From a virus: DNA of 64,000 nucleotides. The DNA lies in IMG/VR virus record IMGVR_UViG_3300044825_001015, positions 32,001 to 96,000 of that record; one strand, given 5' to 3'. The translations under genes and the position numbers were made by a program. Below, piece after piece: positions 49,454 through 57,615 of this stretch. Every line of letters starts with the position of its first letter. Position 1 is the first letter of the stretch. The notes below the pieces were generated by a model, which worked only from the letters and a program-made list of their open reading frames with translations, made no database searches and was not told the origin of the DNA.

Positions 49454-49819
49454 ATGGAACTCTATGATGAATTAACAGAAGAAGAAAAAGCATATCATGA
49501 TGCAATGGTTTCTATTGCAGAAAGATTTGGCCCGTTTGACCAGGGAACATCAAGTATTTGGGTTGGATATGAAGGCCCAGAAGACAATGAAGATGCTCAA
49601 ATTGGTGTTAAGTGTGCTAATTGCTCCCTGCATATTGAGAGAGAAGACGGTCAATTAGGATGTGCTATCCTTTCTTATCTAGTTCATCCAGAAGCAAAGT
49701 GCCGCTTGGCAGCAATTCCAGATGGCTATGTAAATGCATCAATGGATGATGAAGATGATGATCCAAATGACGACGATGATATGATGGGCAAATTCTGGGG
49801 CGGATCTTTTCTTAAATGA
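49454..49819 (+). CDS. Acidic 4-Cys (HiPIP-like) protein with C-terminal KFWGGSF tag
   Basis: CANC...C...C; leaderless geometry from TGGTATAAT at 49439. Confidence 0.6.
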   Translation: MELYDELTEEEKAYHDAMVSIAERFGPFDQGTSSIWVGYEGPEDNEDAQIGVKCANCSLHIEREDGQLGCAILSYLVHPEAKCRLAAIPDGYVNASMDDEDDDPNDDDDMMGKFWGGSFLK

Positions 49820-49941
49820 ATAATGTAATTACCACGGAGACAATCCGTGGCGGAGGTGGCGGAATAAAGAATCCAGACCACTCAGATGGTAAAATAAAAA
49901 TAGGTAAATCTCCGCTTAAAGTTCGTCGCGGGAAGAAGTAG
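49816..49941 (+). CDS. Small basic protein (41 aa, not in ORF track)
   Basis: ATGA overlap; MNNVITTETIRGGGGG...RRGKK. Confidence 0.45.
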   Translation: MNNVITTETIRGGGGGIKNPDHSDGKIKIGKSPLKVRRGKK

Positions 49942-50045
49942 TGTTCACTTTTTATTGCTTAGTTAAACACAATGGTAACTACTACCTCAGACCTTACATT
50001 ACTTTGTATAATAATATGATTGAAATTGTAAATTATCCAAAATCG

Positions 50046-50074
50046 TTGACCATATCGTAATATTCCGGTATAAT
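50046..50074 (+). promoter_or_regulatory. Near-consensus sigma70/SigA promoter
   Basis: TTGACC-N17-TATAAT. Confidence 0.8.
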
Positions 50075-50106
50075 AGAATTCATGTTGCCGCCACAAGGAG
50101 GTCAAT

Positions 50107-50721
50107 ATGACGACAATAAACCGATTTGGTGCTGCATTAGTATCAACAGTAACAGTATTATCAATGCTACTAATCTCTCCAAACCTGGCGTATGCTAAGT
50201 CTACGCCTTTGGCGGAAGGTACGGGTAACTTTGCCACCGCTGATACATTAGAAAGAAGGGCAATAACAGATAGAAACTGGACTTTGCCATCTAACTGTAA
50301 TGATAAGCAGGCAAAGATACTATTTAAGGCGGGTTTTAATAGACCTGGAATGCTAAGAGGAGCCTGGGCAATTACCTGGCGTGAATCTAAGCACCAGAAT
50401 CTTTCCGAAAGCAGTCCTTGGTATTCAGGTGCGTTGGGTACTTGGCAAATTCAAACAAGTGCCTGGTCAGGAAAATCCTGGTGGTCTAGGGATAATATGC
50501 TAGACAAAGATAAGCAATCAGAAATTGTAAGAAAGCATTTCCTTAATGATGGTATGCATAATTGGGGATATGACTATTCATTTAAAAATGACTCATGGCA
50601 TGAAGATGCAGGAATGTATTATTCACTATGGGGTTCTGGACTAACGTATTCATGGGTAATCGCACCATTCAATACTGGATGGTCGTTGTTCCCAAAGAAA
50701 TGTACACCTGAAAAGATTTAA
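50107..50721 (+). CDS. Secreted lytic transglycosylase / lysozyme-like protein
   Basis: Signal peptide (AYA/K); catalytic 'AITWRES' and 'GALGTWQI'; SD AAGGAGGT. Confidence 0.75.
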   Translation: MTTINRFGAALVSTVTVLSMLLISPNLAYAKSTPLAEGTGNFATADTLERRAITDRNWTLPSNCNDKQAKILFKAGFNRPGMLRGAWAITWRESKHQNLSESSPWYSGALGTWQIQTSAWSGKSWWSRDNMLDKDKQSEIVRKHFLNDGMHNWGYDYSFKNDSWHEDAGMYYSLWGSGLTYSWVIAPFNTGWSLFPKKCTPEKI

Positions 50722-50774
50722 ATGATAGAATTATATTCTAGGCGCAAATAAAATTGCGGCAACAGCCTAGGATC

Positions 50775-50847
50775 GCCACAGTAACTCAGTTGGTAGAGTA
50801 CCCGCCTTGTAAGCGGAAAGTCATCGGTTCGAATCCGATCTGTGGCT
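50775..50847 (+). tRNA. tRNA-Thr (UGU)
   Basis: Acceptor GCCACAG/CTGTGGC, loop CTTGTAA. Confidence 0.92.
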
Positions 50848-50848
50848 C

Positions 50849-51166
50849 ATGGACTATAGTAATGAAGAAATAGAACACTTCATGAACTATTTAGAAGATG
50901 AAGGCGTTCTTGAATGGGTAGGTATGAGTGACGATGGAGAAAGAACGTTCGTCTTTAATTTTGAAAAGATGTACTTTGTTTTCCCAGAACTATATCATGC
51001 GATGATGGAAGAATTAAATAAAGAGTTGTTAAATCTTTACGACCTAGGGTTAGTTACTATAGAATACGATACAAATCTGCAGGCAAAATTTAGAATAACA
51101 GATGCTGGTAAAAAATATTTAGAAGAAAATGGTGTTCCAATACCAGAAGATTGGGAAGACGAGTGA
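50849..51166 (+). CDS. Hypothetical acidic protein (winged-helix-like C-terminus)
   Basis: 'L.DLGLV......ITDAGK.YL'; ATG 1 nt after tRNA-Thr. Confidence 0.6.
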   Translation: MDYSNEEIEHFMNYLEDEGVLEWVGMSDDGERTFVFNFEKMYFVFPELYHAMMEELNKELLNLYDLGLVTIEYDTNLQAKFRITDAGKKYLEENGVPIPEDWEDE

Positions 51167-51867
51167 GAAAAGTACTAACAAAGGAATACATCGAAAACCT
51201 TGGCTATGAGGTAGAAGAAATAAGTTATAGAATCTTTTTAGTAAAAAATTTTCTTACTGATGCAGAATCAAATAAATTAGTTAAAATAGGTAGACAGTCT
51301 AGTGATGAAGAATGGTCCTTTCATTACATGAATGGTGTCAGAGAGATGGCGCTATCAAAGTTCGGTAGAACAGATTTAGATAACTTAGTTGCAGAAGGAC
51401 TATACGAAATAACTCATAATTGGATAGATAAGACCCTTCCAATTAAAGATGATAATTTAAGAATAAGCCTAGACAAGAGATGCCAAAGATTGTTTGACTT
51501 TGTAGATGATCTGCAATTCAAAGGATGCGGAACTATTCAGAGACAATATGATGGTGTTCCACTAAAAGATCATGTTGACAATCATACAGATCCATCACTA
51601 GAATATGCAGTAGTTTTTTATCTGAATGACGACTATACTAATGGTGAAGTGTTTTTTGTAAATCAAGAAATACAGATGCGTCCTCCAAAAAATTCTCTTT
51701 TAATATTTCCAACATCAGAAGAATGGAGACATGGGGTAAATGCCCCAGGGCCAGGGCCACATAGATATGTGATCCCAGGATTTGTTGAGGTAAGAGATTT
51801 CTGGAAAAAGCATGAAGAGAATGGGTATAATTTAGAGGTAACGTTGAGCGAACTTAAAGGAGATTAA
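51163..51867 (+). CDS. Prolyl-4-hydroxylase-like 2OG-Fe(II) oxygenase
   Basis: HVD, YLNDDY..GE..F and HGV..R motifs. Confidence 0.85.
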   Translation: MRKVLTKEYIENLGYEVEEISYRIFLVKNFLTDAESNKLVKIGRQSSDEEWSFHYMNGVREMALSKFGRTDLDNLVAEGLYEITHNWIDKTLPIKDDNLRISLDKRCQRLFDFVDDLQFKGCGTIQRQYDGVPLKDHVDNHTDPSLEYAVVFYLNDDYTNGEVFFVNQEIQMRPPKNSLLIFPTSEEWRHGVNAPGPGPHRYVIPGFVEVRDFWKKHEENGYNLEVTLSELKGD

Positions 51868-51869
51868 TT

Positions 51870-52394
51870 ATGTCTAAGAATGTAATTGATTACTACAAGG
51901 AGTGGGAGACAGATCAGATTAAGGCTGATCTAGACACCCGTCGCCTTCCATTTATTGTAGGGTTTGAGAATCTTTCTGGAGATTTTAATAAGGCTACTGG
52001 AGTTCGTAATGCAAATGCATTCATGGCTAAGGAATGCTGGATTATTGGAAATAAGAAGTGGGATAAGCGTGGTGCCGTTGGAACACAGCACTATAATCAT
52101 TTGAAGTATGCACCTAATCTAGATAATATTTATCTACATGAGCATCAGGTTCGTGGTGCTAGATGGGTGGCTATCGATAATGTTCCAGGCGCTATTCCAA
52201 TTACTTCATATGAGTGGAAACCAGATACATTTATGATATTTGGTGAGGAGCAAAGAGGACTCAGCCCCATGGCACTTGGTATGGCAGATGACATTGTTTA
52301 TATTCCACAACTAGGAAGTGTTAGAAGTCTAAACGTGGGTACTGCTAGCGGCATAGTTATGTATGACTATGTGAGCAAACTAGGCATGATATAA
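51870..52394 (+). CDS. SpoU/TrmH-family RNA methyltransferase
   Basis: 'FGEE.RGLS' and 'YIPQLGSVRSLNVGTASGI' motifs. Confidence 0.9.
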   Translation: MSKNVIDYYKEWETDQIKADLDTRRLPFIVGFENLSGDFNKATGVRNANAFMAKECWIIGNKKWDKRGAVGTQHYNHLKYAPNLDNIYLHEHQVRGARWVAIDNVPGAIPITSYEWKPDTFMIFGEEQRGLSPMALGMADDIVYIPQLGSVRSLNVGTASGIVMYDYVSKLGMI

Positions 52395-52426
52395 TTATAT
52401 TTAAGAGAACAAAGAAAAGGATAAAA

Positions 52427-52762
52427 ATGGATAACAATATTAATAAGTCTGTATGGTCTGGTGTATTTTTCCCAGCAGACGAACCTGAGCAAGTTAGTTT
52501 ACCAGCAGAAGAGCCTCAAAACGCCCCTCTTGATACAGCAGATGTTGTAGAAACCAATTTTGAAGTAGAGCGTCAAGACATTTCTGAGGATACTTCAGTA
52601 ACTAATGAAGTTGAAGACACCCCTGCTATTGAAACTGTAGATGAAGTTGAAGAGCAGATAGTAGAATTGTCAGATGTTGAATCAGAACCTGTTCAGCAAA
52701 CAGCGGCTACTGAAGATGTTGCAGTTGAAAATGTAGAAGTTTCAGAAACAGTTTCTGAGTAA
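52427..52762 (+). CDS. Highly acidic disordered protein with N-terminal KSVWSGVF tag
   Basis: E/V/T-rich; TGATATAAT at 52387. Confidence 0.6.
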   Translation: MDNNINKSVWSGVFFPADEPEQVSLPAEEPQNAPLDTADVVETNFEVERQDISEDTSVTNEVEDTPAIETVDEVEEQIVELSDVESEPVQQTAATEDVAVENVEVSETVSE

Positions 52763-52777
52763 TTTTACGGAGAAATA

Positions 52778-53170
52778 ATGAGAGTTTTAGTAAGTGGCAG
52801 CCGTAATTGGGTTGACTACAATGAAATCATGCGTAAGATGACAGTCACACTTGATGAGTGGGTTTCAACAAATCCATCAGATAGGAAGATTACATTTGTG
52901 CATACAGCATCTTCTCCTGCTGAAAATATGATTACTGAATATATTGGCAAGGTAGAAAAATTAATTAAGCAAAAGGGTTACACTATATCAGAGCAATTGT
53001 TTAAGCCAAAGCGCGGTGAGCAATGGCAGGGAAGACTATCTATTGATGATATTTCAAAGATGGAAGTAGACAAGGCAATAATGTTCATCAGAGACTCTTG
53101 CAAAAAGACACAGAATATTGCTAATATTACTAGTGCAATGGGTATTCCTACGGATATTGTGAAAGGGTGA
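52778..53170 (+). CDS. SLOG/YspA (DUF2493)-like protein
   Basis: 'MRVLVSGSRNW.D' N-terminus. Confidence 0.6.
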   Translation: MRVLVSGSRNWVDYNEIMRKMTVTLDEWVSTNPSDRKITFVHTASSPAENMITEYIGKVEKLIKQKGYTISEQLFKPKRGEQWQGRLSIDDISKMEVDKAIMFIRDSCKKTQNIANITSAMGIPTDIVKG

Positions 53171-53224
53171 TGATGATGCCAAAAGGAGATCTTTTCTCGT
53201 CTATCGCGTCGTGACCAGAACTAC

Positions 53225-53545
53225 TTGGACTTGGCGCTAAACGTAGCGCAGTCGTCGGAATGTAGAATGAAGCACGGTGCAGTAATTGTAAAGGGTGGAA
53301 GAGTGATTAGCGTAGGTATTAATAAGAATAGAAACCATCCTACCGTTGTTTCATCAGAACATATCAAGACGCATTGCTCTGTACATGCAGAAATCGATGC
53401 ATTGCGTAAGGTAAAGAATCCTAAGGGGGCTACGATTTATGTAGCCCGTGTAAATAAGCGAGGACAGGATAGACTTTCCCGCCCCTGTGATCGCTGCCAC
53501 AAGGCAATTAACGAGGCGGGAATCAGGAAAGTAGTTTATACATGA
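53225..53545 (+). CDS. CMP/dCMP deaminase-family protein
   Basis: HAE and PCDRC zinc motifs, 'KHGAVIV'. Confidence 0.85.
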   Translation: MDLALNVAQSSECRMKHGAVIVKGGRVISVGINKNRNHPTVVSSEHIKTHCSVHAEIDALRKVKNPKGATIYVARVNKRGQDRLSRPCDRCHKAINEAGIRKVVYT

Positions 53546-53691
53546 GCGATATTAGAAATATAGAAGCACTTCTAGATGGTATTAAAGAAGAACTGTCAAG
53601 AATACGGATTGTTCTTGAACAGGATGCGTACAAGAAATCAATGATTCTACAGAAGGCAAAAGATGAAAACAATAACACTAAACTATTCTGA
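53542..53691 (+). CDS. Hypothetical protein (49 aa)
   Basis: ATGA overlap; coiled-coil-like. Confidence 0.5.
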   Translation: MSDIRNIEALLDGIKEELSRIRIVLEQDAYKKSMILQKAKDENNNTKLF

Positions 53692-53896
53692 GGCACACGA
53701 TTTTGTCGCCAAGAATTCACATCGTGGATATTTCTGGAACGGATGGGATATTCATCGGTGGGTTCCCAATGCATCTGGATATATGTCTAAGGACGGGGAA
53801 TTCAGAAATGATAGGTGGGGCATGAAGTTTACCTTCCCCGTGTCTCACGATGGAACTTGGAAGGTTAAGGTTCCTGATAATGTCCAATATAATTGA
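53663..53896 (+). CDS. Hypothetical protein
   Basis: Trp-rich ORF within the operon. Confidence 0.55.
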   Translation: MKTITLNYSEAHDFVAKNSHRGYFWNGWDIHRWVPNASGYMSKDGEFRNDRWGMKFTFPVSHDGTWKVKVPDNVQYN

Positions 53897-54215
53897 GCAA
53901 TTAGGTTTAGATCCAGAAAATGTAAAATGGTATCAACTTTCCGCATGTGTTGGAATGGACATAAACTTATTTTACGATGATTATGAAACAGATAAGCACA
54001 TTGCATCACAAGTAGATGAGGTATGCCTTCATTGTCCAGTTGTAAAACAATGCTATAATGAAGGTACCTCTAACAAAGAGCGTGGCGTATGGGGTGGCGT
54101 CTACTTAGATTTAGGAAGAGTAGATAAAGAGCATAACTCCCATAAAACTCAGGAAGTGTGGAAGAACTTAAAGAGAATACATGGATCAGGTATTTTACAC
54201 AAAAGAGATGGCTAA
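53880..54215 (+). CDS. whiB: WhiB-family transcription factor
   Basis: W...AC...LF...VCLHCPV..C...GVWGG. Confidence 0.88.
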   Translation: MSNIIEQLGLDPENVKWYQLSACVGMDINLFYDDYETDKHIASQVDEVCLHCPVVKQCYNEGTSNKERGVWGGVYLDLGRVDKEHNSHKTQEVWKNLKRIHGSGILHKRDG

Positions 54216-54429
54216 TGCCATAAGGCAAATCAAGCCACCGTTCAAAGGCATAATTATAGACATTAGAAAAAGACCAAATTATATTGCTTTAGTTATTCAT
54301 GAAAACAATATTATGGAATTTTCGGAGTCTAAGCGTATGCAAATAATGGATTATCTACTTCAGATGCGTGCCATGGTACAGAACTTTGGCGTAAGATGCG
54401 AAATAGAAGGCATAAAGTATGACAAGTAG
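54181..54429 (+). CDS. Hypothetical protein
   Basis: ORF within the operon. Confidence 0.55.
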   Translation: MDQVFYTKEMANAIRQIKPPFKGIIIDIRKRPNYIALVIHENNIMEFSESKRMQIMDYLLQMRAMVQNFGVRCEIEGIKYDK

Positions 54430-54616
54430 GTCAATACATCACTTTATAGTTTATATTCCACATGAAGAATGTTATGGAATGACAAAATCTATGGGAGCAT
54501 TTGCAAGTTTAGTTAAATACAATAAGGGCGGGATGGACTATGAAGTATTCATCCTTAATGAAGAACTTATATTTTTAGAAGATATTTCAATAGGATTAGA
54601 GGAAGAAGAGTTTTAA
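54419..54616 (+). CDS. Hypothetical protein
   Basis: ORF within the operon. Confidence 0.55.
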   Translation: MTSRSIHHFIVYIPHEECYGMTKSMGAFASLVKYNKGGMDYEVFILNEELIFLEDISIGLEEEEF

Positions 54617-54846
54617 TGGTTTGTTATTCATGTAGCCATCCAAAGAACGAGTTGACCCCTAAGAAGTCAACTCTACTACCAGGCGTGAATTTGCTACTTT
54701 GTAAAAAGTGTATAGAATTAAGGTACGAGCCTAGATGGATTATTATTCTCGCGGGAAGAAAGTTCGGGGCTACTTCTGTAAGGGATTATGTTGTAAAACA
54801 TAGGTATGTTGGAAAAGAAATCTCTGCTAGCGAACTTATCGTGTAA
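54616..54846 (+). CDS. Zn-finger hypothetical protein
   Basis: CYSC...CKKC. Confidence 0.6.
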   Translation: MVCYSCSHPKNELTPKKSTLLPGVNLLLCKKCIELRYEPRWIIILAGRKFGATSVRDYVVKHRYVGKEISASELIV

Positions 54847-55084
54847 TAATCTATGCTCAGAAATTACTTCTGAAATAAACCATATAGTTCAAAAAATCCG
54901 AAGCGGTTCAGCAAATAATAATGATATAGGTCTGTGTAATAAACTTGTTACATATTTATCTAATCTATTAGATAACTCCAAGAGTATAGATAGTACAGAT
55001 AGATGGATTGCCAGAGAAACAATAGACATGTGTGAGTTTATTAAGACAAAGTATGATAGTAACTATATGAATGATAAAATATAG
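54806..55084 (+). CDS. Hypothetical protein
   Basis: ORF within the operon; start uncertain. Confidence 0.4.
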   Translation: MLEKKSLLANLSCNNLCSEITSEINHIVQKIRSGSANNNDIGLCNKLVTYLSNLLDNSKSIDSTDRWIARETIDMCEFIKTKYDSNYMNDKI

Positions 55085-55093
55085 ATATCATAC

Positions 55094-55420
55094 TTGTCTG
55101 GGGTGAAATCATTGGTAATTACTGACGCCATAATAATTGCTATTATTGGTTTAATTGGTGCTGTTTTTACTGGTGGTGCCGCCAAACTATTTGATTATAG
55201 ACTGAATAAAATCAAGCATGAGTTTGAGAAAAATGCACATATCAAGTCTATGGAGATTGAAGAATTAAAGATTCTTAAATTGGAACTAGAAAATAGAAAA
55301 GAAGAGATCAGAAAACTTGAAGAAGATCTAGATATGTGGAAGAATAAGTACTATGAAATGCTTGAGCATCTAATAGAATTAAGGGCTAAGTTAAAGATAG
55401 GCGATACTGAGGAAAACTAA
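55094..55420 (+). CDS. Single-TM coiled-coil membrane protein (holin-like candidate)
   Basis: TM helix IIIAIIGLIGAVFTG followed by a coiled coil. Confidence 0.45.
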   Translation: MSGVKSLVITDAIIIAIIGLIGAVFTGGAAKLFDYRLNKIKHEFEKNAHIKSMEIEELKILKLELENRKEEIRKLEEDLDMWKNKYYEMLEHLIELRAKLKIGDTEEN

Positions 55421-55953
55421 TGACCTGTATAGTTGCATTAACTGATGGTAAAAAAGTATACATGGGCGGCGATTCAGCAGCCGTAGAAGTAGACTCAAAT
55501 TTTGTGTCATCTAGAATAGAGCCAAAGGTGTTTGTCACAGGAGACTACATCATCGGATATTCTGGATCATTTAGATTTGGCAAAGTAGTAGAATACTCAT
55601 GTGAATTGCCAAGACCAGAGTATAGAGATATCCATAAGTTTATGAATACTAAGTTTGTTAATGCCATTAGAGAAGCAGTTGAAGAAAACAAACTTGATAA
55701 CTCAGAAGATAAAGATGCGGCGGAACTATTAATTGGATTACACGGTCACATTTTTGAATTAAATAGTGATTGGCATGTCGGGGAAGATAGTAATAGTTAT
55801 AATGCAATAGGCTCAGGCTCATCGTTTGCCCTTGGATCTTTATTTTCTACTAGACGAATAAAAGATCCATATGCTAGAATAAAGATGGCATTGAATGCTT
55901 CTGAAGCATACTCGCCATACGTTCGTTCCCCATTTACTATACTGGAGAATTAA
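55420..55953 (+). CDS. HslV/proteasome beta-subunit-like Ntn protease
   Basis: M-T-C-I-V N-terminal Thr, GGDS, K and 'AIGSGS.FALG' motifs. Confidence 0.8.
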   Translation: MTCIVALTDGKKVYMGGDSAAVEVDSNFVSSRIEPKVFVTGDYIIGYSGSFRFGKVVEYSCELPRPEYRDIHKFMNTKFVNAIREAVEENKLDNSEDKDAAELLIGLHGHIFELNSDWHVGEDSNSYNAIGSGSSFALGSLFSTRRIKDPYARIKMALNASEAYSPYVRSPFTILEN

Positions 55954-56144
55954 TGCTAGATGCTAGAGGTCTTCCGACCCCAGAGTGCCCTAGTTGTGGA
56001 AGTTGGTTGCTTAAAGTAACCCTTAATTTTGATGAAGAATATAATATAGTTTCATATTTACTTGACGGAGAGTGTGCCATGTGCGGCACACTTCTTACTG
56101 TACCTACTCCATTAGACCATCCAGACCATGAGGAGATGCTGTGA
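55953..56144 (+). CDS. Zn-finger protein
   Basis: CPSCG...CAMCG. Confidence 0.6.
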   Translation: MLDARGLPTPECPSCGSWLLKVTLNFDEEYNIVSYLLDGECAMCGTLLTVPTPLDHPDHEEML

Positions 56145-56596
56145 AAACCGCAGTAATATTCGATATGGACGGCACGCTTGCAGATGTATCGTCTATTCGT
56201 CATCATCTAACTAAATATGATGAGGGTAAGCGTAGGGTTATTAAGCATTTTAATAAATTTCATGCTGAATCAGTTAATGTTCCTCCACATAATCATGTAG
56301 TAAATGCTACCCAAGTCGCACATATGCTAGGACATGCGGTATTAGTTGTTACTGCAAGAAAGCATATGTGGAGAAATCAAACGGCATGGTGGCTAGCAAT
56401 GCATAATGTTCCTAGTGATATGCTAATGATGCGCGGGGATGAAGACAATCGTAAGGACTATGAGGTCAAGAAAGATATGCTTGACACTCTCCGTAAGGCA
56501 TACGATATAATTCATGCATGGGATGATAATCCAAGTATTATCAAACTATGGCAGGAAAATAATATTCCAACTACAGTAGTTCCAGGATGGGAGTGA
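56141..56596 (+). CDS. HAD phosphatase (Pnkp 3'-phosphatase-like)
   Basis: FDMDGTL, VTAR, D..VK and WDD motifs. Confidence 0.85.
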   Translation: MKTAVIFDMDGTLADVSSIRHHLTKYDEGKRRVIKHFNKFHAESVNVPPHNHVVNATQVAHMLGHAVLVVTARKHMWRNQTAWWLAMHNVPSDMLMMRGDEDNRKDYEVKKDMLDTLRKAYDIIHAWDDNPSIIKLWQENNIPTTVVPGWE

Positions 56597-56766
56597 CCAT
56601 GGACGGTATTGACGACTACTTTGAGATGAAGTTTCAGGATAAGTACAATGACTACTAGTTCTGAATATGAAAAGAAGGCCATGCATTTTGCTGAAATTGG
56701 CATGTATGCAGCAGCACAGGTATTTGCTACACTAGCATTGGCAGCGGCGACTAGAGAAAGTAATTC

Positions 56767-57012
56767 ATGACACACGACCCTCTATGCAACTATATGCCTG
56801 ATGTTGCCGTTGATTATGGAGTTTGGGATAAAGGATATTCATGCCGATGTGAAATTATTTCTATGGTTAGAGAAGATATAGCATATAAAATAATTCAGTA
56901 TGCAAATGATACACATATTCCACATAGTCCTCAAACTGCATGTCAGAGATGCGATATAGTTGCTGCCTATAACTTCGCCGCTAAAATAGCATATGGAGAA
57001 TATAATGCATAA
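56767..57012 (+). CDS. Hypothetical protein
   Basis: 'MTHDPLC..C.C' motif. Confidence 0.55.
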   Translation: MTHDPLCNYMPDVAVDYGVWDKGYSCRCEIISMVREDIAYKIIQYANDTHIPHSPQTACQRCDIVAAYNFAAKIAYGEYNA

Positions 57013-57595
57013 TGGTCCCTTAAATAAGGGGCAAGAGGTTGCCCCTGGAATAGTTATACATGATAATATAATTCAAAATTCTAAAGAACTTATAGATTTA
57101 GCAAACATTGATCAAAATATTTGGCAAGATGCTTTAGTTTATACTGATAGGTCATCAAAAGACAAAAGTTATAGGAGTGCTCAAACCGTAAATATACCAT
57201 TTCACTATAGCATGAGAAATGAATGGTTTAATGTATATAAAATAATTTGGGAGTATTCTCAAATGTACGCTGCCAAGCAGGGTTCTGAGTTTTATGTAAT
57301 GGAAGATATAGAAGTTATTCATTATAAAAAGAATTCTGACTTTTTTAAAGAACATGTTGATAAAGGTAAAGAAAACACTAGAGAAGTATCTGCATTATTA
57401 TATCTAAATGATGTAGAATTAGGTGGTGAGACTTACTTCAAAAAGTTTGATGTATCCATTAAACCAAAAGCAGGCAGGCTAGTGTTTTTCCCATCTAACT
57501 ATGTATACATACATGAAGCCAAGCCTCCTATTAGTAATGATAAGTTTCTTATTGTAACTTGGCTAAAACTAAAAAAAGATTACATTGATAATTAA
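56993..57595 (+). CDS. Prolyl-4-hydroxylase-like 2OG-Fe(II) oxygenase
   Basis: HVD, YLNDV..GGET.F and H....K motifs. Confidence 0.88.
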   Translation: MENIMHNGPLNKGQEVAPGIVIHDNIIQNSKELIDLANIDQNIWQDALVYTDRSSKDKSYRSAQTVNIPFHYSMRNEWFNVYKIIWEYSQMYAAKQGSEFYVMEDIEVIHYKKNSDFFKEHVDKGKENTREVSALLYLNDVELGGETYFKKFDVSIKPKAGRLVFFPSNYVYIHEAKPPISNDKFLIVTWLKLKKDYIDN

Positions 57596-57615
57596 TCTTT
57601 AGAATAGAGAGTAAT

